From Micrococcales bacterium (lineage in GTDB: Bacteria > Actinomycetota > Actinomycetes > S36-B12 > GCA-2699445), in assembly GCA_002699445.1 (NCBI GenBank), contig PAAU01000041.1:9570-73569 (forward strand): a DNA stretch of 64,000 nt. Reading direction: 5' to 3'. Both the position numbers and the translations under genes were made by a program. Of this stretch, positions 37,006-44,920 are shown piece by piece (the stretch's first letter is position 1; each line of letters starts with the position of its first letter). The notes below the pieces were generated by a model, which saw nothing but the letters and a program-made list of their open reading frames with translations, ran no database searches and was not told the origin of the DNA.

Positions 37006-37730
37006 TGGTCTGGCGCTCGATTGGTCAAAGATCGCTCGACAGCAGCCGCTAACCGAGCACCTACTCGTTCATGAGTCTGCCAGCCCCAATGCAATCCGTC
37101 TGGGTTATTGGGGCCCGGCAACACGAGATCATCTAGAACGATGCCTGGGATCTCTTCGCTTTCACACCACGCAACGGCCGCCGCAACTGCTGGCGGGTGG
37201 GGTCGCTTCGAGGGGTACAACTCACTGTCGTAGGGAGTGGGGAGCAGCCGCACAATAGGTAAATCAGGCCGTATATAGCGAATGCCGGACACCATCCGGC
37301 TCAAGTAGTGATTACTGACTACGGGCGGGAGCTGACTGAAGCGGCCGCCTGTCCATGAAATCACCCGTGGCGCAGCTGCCAAATATGCTCTTCGAGTTGA
37401 TCGCCGCAACCCTCCCGGACGCAGGTAAGGCATCACCTCACGTAGCCCGGTCGGCATCGCGGCAGGCAACTGATCCATGTGGCCCAGAGACAGAACGACT
37501 GCATCTGCACGAGGCAGATACTCTCCCCACACGACCGGATCTTTGGTCAAAGCCCACCAACCGTCGCGAGCCGTAAAACCCAGACGTGACACTAGATCGA
37601 CCTCAGCACCCAGAAGGCGGGCACACGTTGTTGTGAACAGTTCAGGATGCGATGGTGGCACTGGTCCCGAAGGTCCGTGAAATGCAAGCGAGTCGGCGAA
37701 GAACAACAACCGGGGCGCTGGCTCGGTCAT
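37002..37730 (-). CDS. SGNH/GDSL-like hydrolase
   Basis: 242 aa. Block I-like LLFFADSLAFHG has ADS in place of GDS. Block V-like NPDGLHW carries DxxH. ATGA overlaps occur at both ends. Confidence 0.55.
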   Translation of the reverse strand: MTEPAPRLLFFADSLAFHGPSGPVPPSHPELFTTTCARLLGAEVDLVSRLGFTARDGWWALTKDPVVWGEYLPRADAVVLSLGHMDQLPAAMPTGLREVMPYLRPGGLRRSTRRAYLAAAPRVISWTGGRFSQLPPVVSNHYLSRMVSGIRYIRPDLPIVRLLPTPYDSELYPSKRPHPPAVAAAVAWCESEEIPGIVLDDLVLPGPNNPDGLHWGWQTHERVGARLAAAVERSLTNRAPDQ

Positions 37731-38878
37731 GTGGCAAGATCATCTCCGACGCGCGCCTGCTTAATCATGTCGCGTCGGTACATTTCATCGATGCCACGGT
37801 CGACTAACTGATCAACGTTTTCTTCTTGCCAAGGCATGTGAACGACCCGACCACCTGTCAGCTGGACATCCGAAAGCGGGTCTAGATCACTTCGTAGTCG
37901 TTGCTCAATTTCTTCAACTCGCGGTCCAGAACCGAGCGCTAGAATCACGAACTGTTGATTATCCCAGCGAGACAACGCATCCGAATCGCGGAACACCGGC
38001 ACCAGACAGACAGCGACCTCTGAAACTGCTTCATCGGATTCGCCTGCTGCGGTGTGTGATCTCGGTACAACTTCCAGAACAGTACAGCTGATTGGCTCTT
38101 GGAATCGTCGACCGAGTGCCATCAGTTCTCGACCAACTTCGGCCAGCCCTCGACGATTGAGCAGACCGGTCTCAGCATCGCGCACTGTCTCTGACTGAAC
38201 TCCATCCATGGCCGCCACTAGCGCCATCAACGATGACAGCCGGATAGCGTTTATTGCTACGGCTAAAACAGTGGCTCCCACCATGGCCAGCAGATACCCC
38301 CCTACCTCCACAGACCCACTTAAGAAAGCGGCTGAGCCCAGCCAAAGCAACCAGATCGCAGACACGGTTGAAACAAACCAGAACGCTCGCAATAGCGCCA
38401 TGCCGGCGCAAACCAGTAGCAAGACCACAAAAATGGTTTCGGCGAGGCTGCCTGCCGCGGCCATTGCCACCGCAAAACCCAGTGAGGCCACAATCAAGGT
38501 TCCGGCCGCAACTTGCTGTGGGTTGTTGACTAACCCGCCGCCGCGCTTTACAACCACAACACCCACCAGCAGGATTAGACCGGTTAGACCAACTATGAGG
38601 GCAGCCGCAGCGGTAACGGCCGACTCCTGAGGTCCAAGTCGAAATAGCGCGGCTAGCATGAGCAGAAGCCCGAGAGCGATCATGAGTAGCGGCAAAACTG
38701 CACTCGCCATGGAATCACACAGTTCGTGGAACGATCGTGAATAGTCGGAACGGCCTAACTCCCCCATTCTGCGACGCAAGAAGCGAGGTGGCCACATCTT
38801 GGGTACATCATTTAGACCTGAACGATCTCTTGTCTTGCCACGCTGCTGATACTTCGGAGCGGACGGTTCATCGCTCAC
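37727..38878 (-). CDS. polytopic membrane protein with a C-terminal degenerate GGDEF domain (I-site retained)
   Basis: 383 aa. About 6 TM helices span aa 57-225. Next comes RDAETGLLNRRGL, the start of the GGDEF domain. The block RDSD-ALSRW-DNQQF aligns with the canonical RxxD-xxxRx-GG(D/E)EF. A GTG start at 38878 is assumed; ATG 38797 is possible. Confidence 0.65.
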   Translation of the reverse strand: MSDEPSAPKYQQRGKTRDRSGLNDVPKMWPPRFLRRRMGELGRSDYSRSFHELCDSMASAVLPLLMIALGLLLMLAALFRLGPQESAVTAAAALIVGLTGLILLVGVVVVKRGGGLVNNPQQVAAGTLIVASLGFAVAMAAAGSLAETIFVVLLLVCAGMALLRAFWFVSTVSAIWLLWLGSAAFLSGSVEVGGYLLAMVGATVLAVAINAIRLSSLMALVAAMDGVQSETVRDAETGLLNRRGLAEVGRELMALGRRFQEPISCTVLEVVPRSHTAAGESDEAVSEVAVCLVPVFRDSDALSRWDNQQFVILALGSGPRVEEIEQRLRSDLDPLSDVQLTGGRVVHMPWQEENVDQLVDRGIDEMYRRDMIKQARVGDDLAT

Positions 38879-38903
38879 AGAATCACCCCAGCGTTACGGT
38901 GAA

Positions 38904-38979
38904 TGGTGGAGCTGAGGGGACTCGAACCCCTGACCCCTTGCATGCCATGCAAGTGCGCTACCAGCTGCGCCACAGCCCC
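38904..38979 (-). tRNA. tRNA-Ala (anticodon GGC), CCA encoded
   Basis: The reverse complement GGGGCTGTGGCGCAGCTGGTAGCGCACTTGCATGGCATGCAAGGGGTCAGGGGTTCGAGTCCCCTCAGCTCCACCA folds as a cloverleaf. The acceptor stem is GGGGCTG/CAGCTCC with the G3:U70 alanine identity pair. The anticodon loop is ATGGCAT and the T-loop is TTCGAGT. Confidence 0.93.
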
Positions 38980-39056
38980 AATGTACCGCCCTAATGTACC
39001 GGAATGGTTGAGGCGCGACACACTCGGTCCCGCGGTAATCATCAGACCCATCCGCC

Positions 39057-39668
39057 TCAGCCCGCCGACTTGTTATAGGCCAGCAGGCGCCAACTGCCAT
39101 CCACACCGAATAACAGCTCCGCCCAAGCGGCGTTGTCAAGCACACCCAGCCGCCGCCAGGATTCGGGCGGCCATTCCATCAGATGACCCACGAGCGCGCG
39201 GGCAGAGCCACCGTGCGTCACGACGACTAAGGTTTCCCCCGATGGCACATCAACCAGGTGCTGTTCGACAGCTGCCGCGGCTCGACCACCCACCTCAGTG
39301 ATCGTCTCCCCTGTCCCACCGGGACGAATCCGGTGGTCCATGAGCCAAGCCTGGAACATCAGTCCATCTTGCTTCATGATTTCCTCGTGAGTGAGTCCCT
39401 CCCAAGATGCACAGAATGTCTCACGTAAATCTGAATCTAACCGAGCCGAGCAGCCAGTTTCCGCCTCGAGCGCTTGTGCAGTGCTCTTAGCTCGAGCCAA
39501 GTCACTGGTCGCGATTGCGGTGGGCTGCCTTCTGGCGATCACCTTCGCGGCAGCCGCGACCTGATCGCGGCCGGTTTCATCGAGGTCGACATTTTGATGC
39601 CCTTGAAAACGACGCTGCATGTTCCACTCAGTCTGGCCATGTCGCCACACGATCACCCGACGAGCCAT
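39057..39668 (-). CDS. histidine phosphatase (phosphoglycerate-mutase-like) family protein
   Basis: MARRVIVWRHGQTEWN carries the RHG motif, and VVTHGG is present. ATG 39668 shares one base with the rsfS TGA. The track ORF extends to 39719. Confidence 0.85.
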   Translation of the reverse strand: MARRVIVWRHGQTEWNMQRRFQGHQNVDLDETGRDQVAAAAKVIARRQPTAIATSDLARAKSTAQALEAETGCSARLDSDLRETFCASWEGLTHEEIMKQDGLMFQAWLMDHRIRPGGTGETITEVGGRAAAAVEQHLVDVPSGETLVVVTHGGSARALVGHLMEWPPESWRRLGVLDNAAWAELLFGVDGSWRLLAYNKSAG

Positions 39669-40039
39669 CAGACTTGGGTGACCGAGTACGGCAGCGATAT
39701 CTGCGGCTGATCTCGCCACAACCGTTCGAGATCGTAGGTGGTTCGTGCATCCGGCAACTGCACGTGCACCACCAAATCGATGAAATCCAGCAGCACCCAG
39801 GTGCCCTCACCCTTGCCTTCTCGGCGCGGTGTCGGAGCTCCCGCCGATTTGAGCCTACGTTCCACTTCATCAACTACTGCAAGCAGTTGCGGATGGTTGG
39901 CTGCAGTGCAGACCACGAATATGTCGGTGATCACCAAAACGTCGCTGACATCAAACGCAACGATATCTGTGGCCTTCTTGTCCGCAGCGGCTAGCGCGGC
40001 AACCTCAGCCCACTCAGCGGCTTGAAGATCTGCACTCAT
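39668..40039 (-). CDS. rsfS: ribosome silencing factor RsfS
   Basis: 123 aa. KKATDIVAFDVSDVLVITDIFVVCTA...WVLLDFIDLVVHV is a typical RsfS/iojap sequence. Confidence 0.9.
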   Translation of the reverse strand: MSADLQAAEWAEVAALAAADKKATDIVAFDVSDVLVITDIFVVCTAANHPQLLAVVDEVERRLKSAGAPTPRREGKGEGTWVLLDFIDLVVHVQLPDARTTYDLERLWRDQPQISLPYSVTQV

Positions 40040-40081
40040 TCCCCCACCCTACGGATGCAACCCGGTCACCACAGATTGGGG

Positions 40082-41290
40082 TCAGCCTGGCTGATAGTCC
40101 GAACCCAAGATCACTTCGACATCTGCCAACGGCTCACGTTCGGCCTCATTCTCCATAACCTTGACTGCATCTCTTGACAGGCCCAGCGCCTGCGCTACGC
40201 TGACACCCCATTCTGAAGGACCATTTACCCGGATGAGGCTCCGATTGCGCTCCGTTACCTGAACAGCTCGGCCATCTACCCACTCGTAGTTAGTTATCGC
40301 CAAGGGATTTCGCGTTGACAGAATCAACCCCGGTGGGCGTGACGGTGCAGTAATCAACACCCGAGGTGGCAACGCCTCACCTACTATCCACTGTTCTTGC
40401 GGCATCTCTTTCTGCAAAAGCGGAGTGGCATCAGGGTAGTAGGTCCAGGCAAAGTCACCGATTTGTTTAACCGGAAGTGAAAGACGTCGGTAATTGTCCA
40501 CAGCTGCCTGTCCTGAAAGTTCCAGAAGGTAGCCGGAAAGCTCTTCAGACGGAACTGTTGACGGGGATAGTGCTCCGAGAGCAGTAAGCGTTTGTCGGAT
40601 ATCGGCTTCACGTTGCGGCAGCTCCGACAATGTAGTGAGCATGACGGCTTCGAAGCGCATCATGGCGCTTTGGGCACTTTCACCACGCACCTGTCCGACC
40701 GCGTACCACGAAGCAGCCGTTCCTGACATGCGCTGTCGACCTTTGGAGAATCGATCAACAACGCCTCCGTTGTTAGAACGCACCACCGTGCGCTTTGGCA
40801 CATCGATAAGCACCCCGTTGACCCCATCAACTAGGCCTGCGAGGGCTTTACGTTCCATATTCCACGAGGCATCGACGCGAACCCCCAAAGTCACCGAAAC
40901 GGTGTCGGTGCTGCCCCGCGGCCCAGCTCCGGGTCGTTGCAGCGGTCTTGGCGACACCTCACTCGACGAGACCACCAGATTCTGCGGTAGCGGAACAACC
41001 ACAGCACTGGCCCCGACCACCGAGCCGACTCCGGTCAGCATATTTCCTGCCACCCTGGCGTTCTCATCACTCTCGTCGATCACCCGGATCATCAAGGTTT
41101 GCAGTGGCTCACTATCTGCAGAAGTACTCGGCGTTGGAGATCCTTCTGGATCAGGTGGCGCGGCATCAGTGGAAAATTGCAGAACCACTAAAGCAACGAC
41201 AAAAACTAGTGCGATCGCCACACTTACCCCGACTAGTTGCGCCGTACGTCGACGCCGAAGTATCTCCGCCTGCTCATCGGTCTGACTCAT
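40082..41290 (-). CDS. membrane-anchored divergent LCP (LytR-CpsA-Psr)-like protein with a LytR_C-like tail
   Basis: 402 aa with an N-terminal TM anchor. TLMIRVIDESD...AVVVPLPQNLVV and LGVRVDASWNMERKALAGLVDGVNGVLIDVP resemble LCP core blocks but lack the conserved Arg residues. The tail VEVILGSDY is LytR_C-like. It sits in the nadD-LCP-rsfS position. Confidence 0.5.
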   Translation of the reverse strand: MSQTDEQAEILRRRRTAQLVGVSVAIALVFVVALVVLQFSTDAAPPDPEGSPTPSTSADSEPLQTLMIRVIDESDENARVAGNMLTGVGSVVGASAVVVPLPQNLVVSSSEVSPRPLQRPGAGPRGSTDTVSVTLGVRVDASWNMERKALAGLVDGVNGVLIDVPKRTVVRSNNGGVVDRFSKGRQRMSGTAASWYAVGQVRGESAQSAMMRFEAVMLTTLSELPQREADIRQTLTALGALSPSTVPSEELSGYLLELSGQAAVDNYRRLSLPVKQIGDFAWTYYPDATPLLQKEMPQEQWIVGEALPPRVLITAPSRPPGLILSTRNPLAITNYEWVDGRAVQVTERNRSLIRVNGPSEWGVSVAQALGLSRDAVKVMENEAEREPLADVEVILGSDYQPG

Positions 41291-41883
41291 CCAGCCACCC
41301 GGTATAACTGGTGTTTTCGTATGTATGACTCAACTGCGGCTGGGACCAGATATCGAATAGAACGCTTGGTCATGATGCGCTGGCGAATATCGGTTGCGCT
41401 CACAGCCATTCCCGGAATATCAATCAGTGTGACTGGTCGCTTCACAAATTCATCATTCGGCAAGGGGTGACCTGGCCGCGAGACTCCAACAAGATGCGCT
41501 AACTTCACGATCTCTTCGTATTGGTGCCACGTCTGAATCCCAGCCAAGGCGTCAGCCCCGGTGATGAAATATAGAGCGGACGGCTCGAAGGTCTGGTGCA
41601 ACTCCTTCAGGGTATCCACCGTGTAGGACGGTCCCAGTCGATCAATCTCCATTCGGCTGACCGAAAAACGAGAGTCACCGGCTGTCGCCACGATTGTCAT
41701 CGCATACCGATCTTCCGCCGCGGCGAGCTCCTGTCGTGATTTCTGCCAAGGTTGCCCCGCCGGTACAAAAACGATGGAGGCCAAATCTAGGCGATCGGCA
41801 ACTTCGCTGGCCGCAAGTAAATGTCCATGATGGATGGGGTCAAACGAACCACCCATGATCCCAATCGGCCCCCCTGAAGACAT
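41287..41883 (-). CDS. nadD: nicotinate-nucleotide adenylyltransferase
   Basis: GIMGGSFDPIHHGHL carries the (H/T)xGH motif, and ISATDIR is present. ATG 41883 is chosen; the track uses TTG 41901. Confidence 0.9.
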   Translation of the reverse strand: MSSGGPIGIMGGSFDPIHHGHLLAASEVADRLDLASIVFVPAGQPWQKSRQELAAAEDRYAMTIVATAGDSRFSVSRMEIDRLGPSYTVDTLKELHQTFEPSALYFITGADALAGIQTWHQYEEIVKLAHLVGVSRPGHPLPNDEFVKRPVTLIDIPGMAVSATDIRQRIMTKRSIRYLVPAAVESYIRKHQLYRVAG

Positions 41884-41890
41884 CGTGGTC

Positions 41891-42049
41891 TCAGCGGTCA
41901 AGATCTAGGCGCGTCACAACAATCAGAGCGATCGAAAGAATCGCAAATGCGATTATGCCGTAGGCAACCGGAGACAACTCTTGGATCTCTTGACCTTCGG
42001 AGTTTTCGAACTCGGCAAGCCGGACAACGATCGCGTTCAACATTGTCAT
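41891..42049 (-). CDS. unannotated 52-aa single-TM small protein
   Basis: It is not in the track, which lists only ORFs of 60 aa or longer. ATG 42049 is preceded by AGGAGG with a 5-nt spacer. Translation: MTMLNAIVVRLAEFENSEGQEIQELSPVAYGIIAFAILSIALIVVTRLDLDR. It fills the proA-nadD gap. Confidence 0.5.
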   Translation of the reverse strand: MTMLNAIVVRLAEFENSEGQEIQELSPVAYGIIAFAILSIALIVVTRLDLDR

Positions 42050-42120
42050 GGCATCCTCCTGATAAACGGCTTCGTCGGCAGCCTATCGGACTGCCACGAC
42101 TATTGGTGACCACCCAAGCT

Positions 42121-43395
42121 TCAACTCCGGATATGACCATTTCCGGTGATGACAAAAGTGGTGGTGGTCAACTCCGGAAGCGCCATCGGGCCTCGGGCGT
42201 GCAACTTCTGCGTGGAGATGCCAATTTCGGCACCAAACCCCAGCTCGCCTCCGTCTGTAAACCGAGTCGATGCGTTCACCGCGATAGCAGCTGAATCTAC
42301 TGCAGCCAAGAAATGCTGAACCGTCGTAGCCGAGTCAGACAAGATGGCTTCGGTGTGGCCACTGCTCCACCGTTGAATGTGATTGATCGCTTGATCAACG
42401 GAATCAACAACTCCGACCGCGAGATCAAAGGAGTAGTACTCAGCCGCCCAGTCCGCATCTGTCACCGGTACCGCTTCAACTCCCGAACCTGCGACGGCCG
42501 CAGTTGCTTCCTCATCTGCGTGAAGCGTGACGTCGTGATCAGCTAGCGCCACCGACACTTTTGCCAGAAACTCATCCGATACAGCCCGATGCACCAGCAG
42601 AGTCTCTGCCGCGTTGCAGACACTAGGCCGTTGAGTCTTGGCATTCACAACGATTGCTACCGCTTGATCAAGATTCGCTGCGGCGTCAACATATATGTGA
42701 CAGTTACCTACGCCGGTCTCGATCACTGGCACGCTAGCACCGGTCACGACTCGATTGATGAGTTCAGCTCCGCCCCGTGGGATGACTACATCCACTAGAC
42801 CCCGTGCTCCGATGAGTTCGTCCACCGTCTCATGTCCTGTTCCAGGAACTAGTTGAATCGAATCTGCTGACATACTCTCCGACATCAGCGCTCGACGCAT
42901 GGTCGCTACCAGCGCGGCATTTGTATTGGCAGCACTCGCTGATCCTCGGAGCAGTGCGGCGTTGCCACTCTTCAGACACAGCGTGGCGGCATCAACGGTG
43001 ACATTCGGACGAGCCTCGTAGATCATCCCTACAACACCCATCGGGACCCGTATTTGCTCTACCGACAATCCGTTAGGCAACCGATAACCACGGATTACTT
43101 CACCGATCGGATCTGGCAAATCCCGAACAACAGCTATTGCCTCGACTATCTCGTCAAGCCGATCTTGGGTAAGAGTGAGGCGATCCAACAAACCGGCAGC
43201 GGTCCCCTGCTGCTGGGCTCGCGCTAGATCCTCAGCATTGGCGGCCGCTATCTGCTCGCCATCCCTATCCAATTGCTCAGCTATCACGGCTAGCGCCCGA
43301 TTCTTTTCATCGGCTGTCAGAGTGCGCAGGGATCGCGCCGCTGCCCGCGATCGCTGCGCCGCCGCACGGAATTCATCAGACAAAGGGGTCGTCAC
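42121..43395 (-). CDS. proA: glutamate-5-semialdehyde dehydrogenase (gamma-glutamyl phosphate reductase)
   Basis: 424 aa. The aldehyde-dehydrogenase-like fold shows the ProA blocks [24 protein letters not shown] and [14 protein letters not shown] start. Confidence 0.9.
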   Translation of the reverse strand: MTTPLSDEFRAAAQRSRAAARSLRTLTADEKNRALAVIAEQLDRDGEQIAAANAEDLARAQQQGTAAGLLDRLTLTQDRLDEIVEAIAVVRDLPDPIGEVIRGYRLPNGLSVEQIRVPMGVVGMIYEARPNVTVDAATLCLKSGNAALLRGSASAANTNAALVATMRRALMSESMSADSIQLVPGTGHETVDELIGARGLVDVVIPRGGAELINRVVTGASVPVIETGVGNCHIYVDAAANLDQAVAIVVNAKTQRPSVCNAAETLLVHRAVSDEFLAKVSVALADHDVTLHADEEATAAVAGSGVEAVPVTDADWAAEYYSFDLAVGVVDSVDQAINHIQRWSSGHTEAILSDSATTVQHFLAAVDSAAIAVNASTRFTDGGELGFGAEIGISTQKLHARGPMALPELTTTTFVITGNGHIRS

Positions 43396-43413
43396 ATCTC
43401 TAGAGTAGGCCGC

Positions 43414-43788
43414 CTACCGTTCGAACGGCGCCACCCCTGGGGTGAATAGCTTTACCTGGTCGTCCTCAGTTCGCTTTCGTCGCTGAAACGTTTCGGGGCT
43501 AACAACTTCAATTCCTACAACGTCCCACGGTGGCAACCCAAGATCCTCTTGGTAGGACTGCCACAGCTCCACGGCATTTGTGGCAACTCGCTGGCAACTA
43601 GAACCTTCATCCCAGTAACGCAATTCCAACGTTTCCGACCAGTATCGAACTGAAAGTCCGATGCCATGAGCCACCACGAGGCGCTTCAACTCATCTCTCA
43701 AGTCCTCAGCGTCGTGGGCGGCGTCGCGCAAGGTGAGGGTAACGTGCCAAAGCGAGGCAGGCGGAGGTGCGGCTGCTGGCTGACTCAT
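43414..43788 (-). CDS. hypothetical 124-aa protein between proB and proA
   Basis: ATG 43788. The beta-alpha-beta-beta-alpha-beta-like pattern is HVTLTL / DLRDELKRLVVAH / LSVRYW / TLELRYW / AVELWQSYQEDLG / VVGIEVV. I recognise no family. Confidence 0.6.
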   Translation of the reverse strand: MSQPAAAPPPASLWHVTLTLRDAAHDAEDLRDELKRLVVAHGIGLSVRYWSETLELRYWDEGSSCQRVATNAVELWQSYQEDLGLPPWDVVGIEVVSPETFQRRKRTEDDQVKLFTPGVAPFER

Positions 43789-43803
43789 GCCTTGGCACCC
43801 TCA

Positions 43804-44919
43804 CTACTTTGGTAACAGCACCACCAGATCATCGCGATGAACGATTTCGCGGCGGTAAGCCGAGCCCAGTTCCCGGGCTAGTTCCTCGGTCGAGCGACCC
43901 AGTAGGTCAGGTAACTCGCTTGAATCAAAGTTCACCAGTCCTCGAGCCACTGTGCGACCGTTTTCATCTAAGAGGTCCACTGGGTCACCTCGGTGGAAAT
44001 CACCCGAAACCCGGCTAATTCCGGCAGGAAGTAGAGACTTTTTTCGAGAAACGATCGCCTCAACCGCGCCAGAATCCAAATGCAGACCACCGACTGGATC
44101 AGCGGCGTGAGCCAACCAGAGCAATCGAGTGGGGACTCGTTTTCCGGTGGGGTGAAACATCGTGCCGATGTCCGCACCCATCAATGCTTGATTGGCTCGA
44201 GCCGCATCAGTCAAGAGCACTGGGATTCCAGCTCCCGCGGCAATATGAGCCGCGGTGACTTTGGTCTTGATGCCGCCGGAGCCTAACGGGCCACTTCCAG
44301 ACAATGAAAGATCAGAGATGTCATCAGCCCCATAGACATCTGCGATGAGGGCCGCGTCAGAACCGCGTGGGTGGCTGTCGTAAAGCCCTGGCACGTCGCT
44401 GAGTAACACCAGTGCTTCCGCGTGAACTAAGTGAGCAACCAACGCCGCCAATCGATCGTTGTCACCTAATCGAATCTCATCCGTCGCTACCGTGTCATTT
44501 TCATTGACAACCGGCACGACGCCGAGTTCCATGAGTCGATAAAGCGTTCGTTGTGCATTGCGATAATGGGAACGACGAACGACGTCTTCGGCGGTGAGGA
44601 GTACTTGTCCGACCACAAGCCCATGAGACTCAAACACTTCGGTATAGATGCGCATTAAGGCACCTTGCCCCACGCTTGCGGCGGCTTGTTGAGTCGCCAG
44701 ATCTCGCGGTCGAGCCTTCAGCTCCAGCTTAGCCAAAGCTCCAGCAATCGCACCGCTGGACACCAGTACGACCTGTCGTCCGGTTTGAGTCGCCGCTGCA
44801 ATGCACTCGGCAACGGCAACGACTTTGTCATGATCAAGCCCGCCGGCTGGATGCGTGAGTGACGAAGAACCAACCTTGACCACTAATCGCCGACTCTGCC
44901 CAAAAACAGTCCGGGACAC
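43804..44919 (-). CDS. proB: glutamate 5-kinase
   Basis: RRLVVKVGSSSLT and VSSGAIA are present, along with a C-terminal PUA domain. The start is set at GTG 44919, 1 nt after the obg stop. The track extension to 45033 overlaps obg. Confidence 0.9.
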   Translation of the reverse strand: MSRTVFGQSRRLVVKVGSSSLTHPAGGLDHDKVVAVAECIAAATQTGRQVVLVSSGAIAGALAKLELKARPRDLATQQAAASVGQGALMRIYTEVFESHGLVVGQVLLTAEDVVRRSHYRNAQRTLYRLMELGVVPVVNENDTVATDEIRLGDNDRLAALVAHLVHAEALVLLSDVPGLYDSHPRGSDAALIADVYGADDISDLSLSGSGPLGSGGIKTKVTAAHIAAGAGIPVLLTDAARANQALMGADIGTMFHPTGKRVPTRLLWLAHAADPVGGLHLDSGAVEAIVSRKKSLLPAGISRVSGDFHRGDPVDLLDENGRTVARGLVNFDSSELPDLLGRSTEELARELGSAYRREIVHRDDLVVLLPK

Positions 44920-44920
44920 T

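Noticed and set aside
33793-38979. Genomic island integrated at the 3' end of tRNA-Ala.
   Set aside because: I found no integrase or recombinase, no direct repeat of the tRNA 3' end at the far boundary, and no phage or plasmid genes. The genes look like ordinary chromosomal metabolism and membrane genes.
41898-42294. Track ORFs of 85 aa (minus strand) and 115 aa (plus strand) in the proA-nadD gap.
   Set aside because: Both overlap the proA 3' end, lack an SD and are Arg/Cys/Ser-rich. The 52-aa ORF in another frame has a perfect AGGAGG and a TM helix, so I prefer it.
43416-43427. Perfect 12-nt palindrome CCGTTCGAACGG at the 3' end of the 124-aa ORF.
   Set aside because: It is a short single occurrence that overlaps the stop-codon region, and no partner site or known operator consensus applies.
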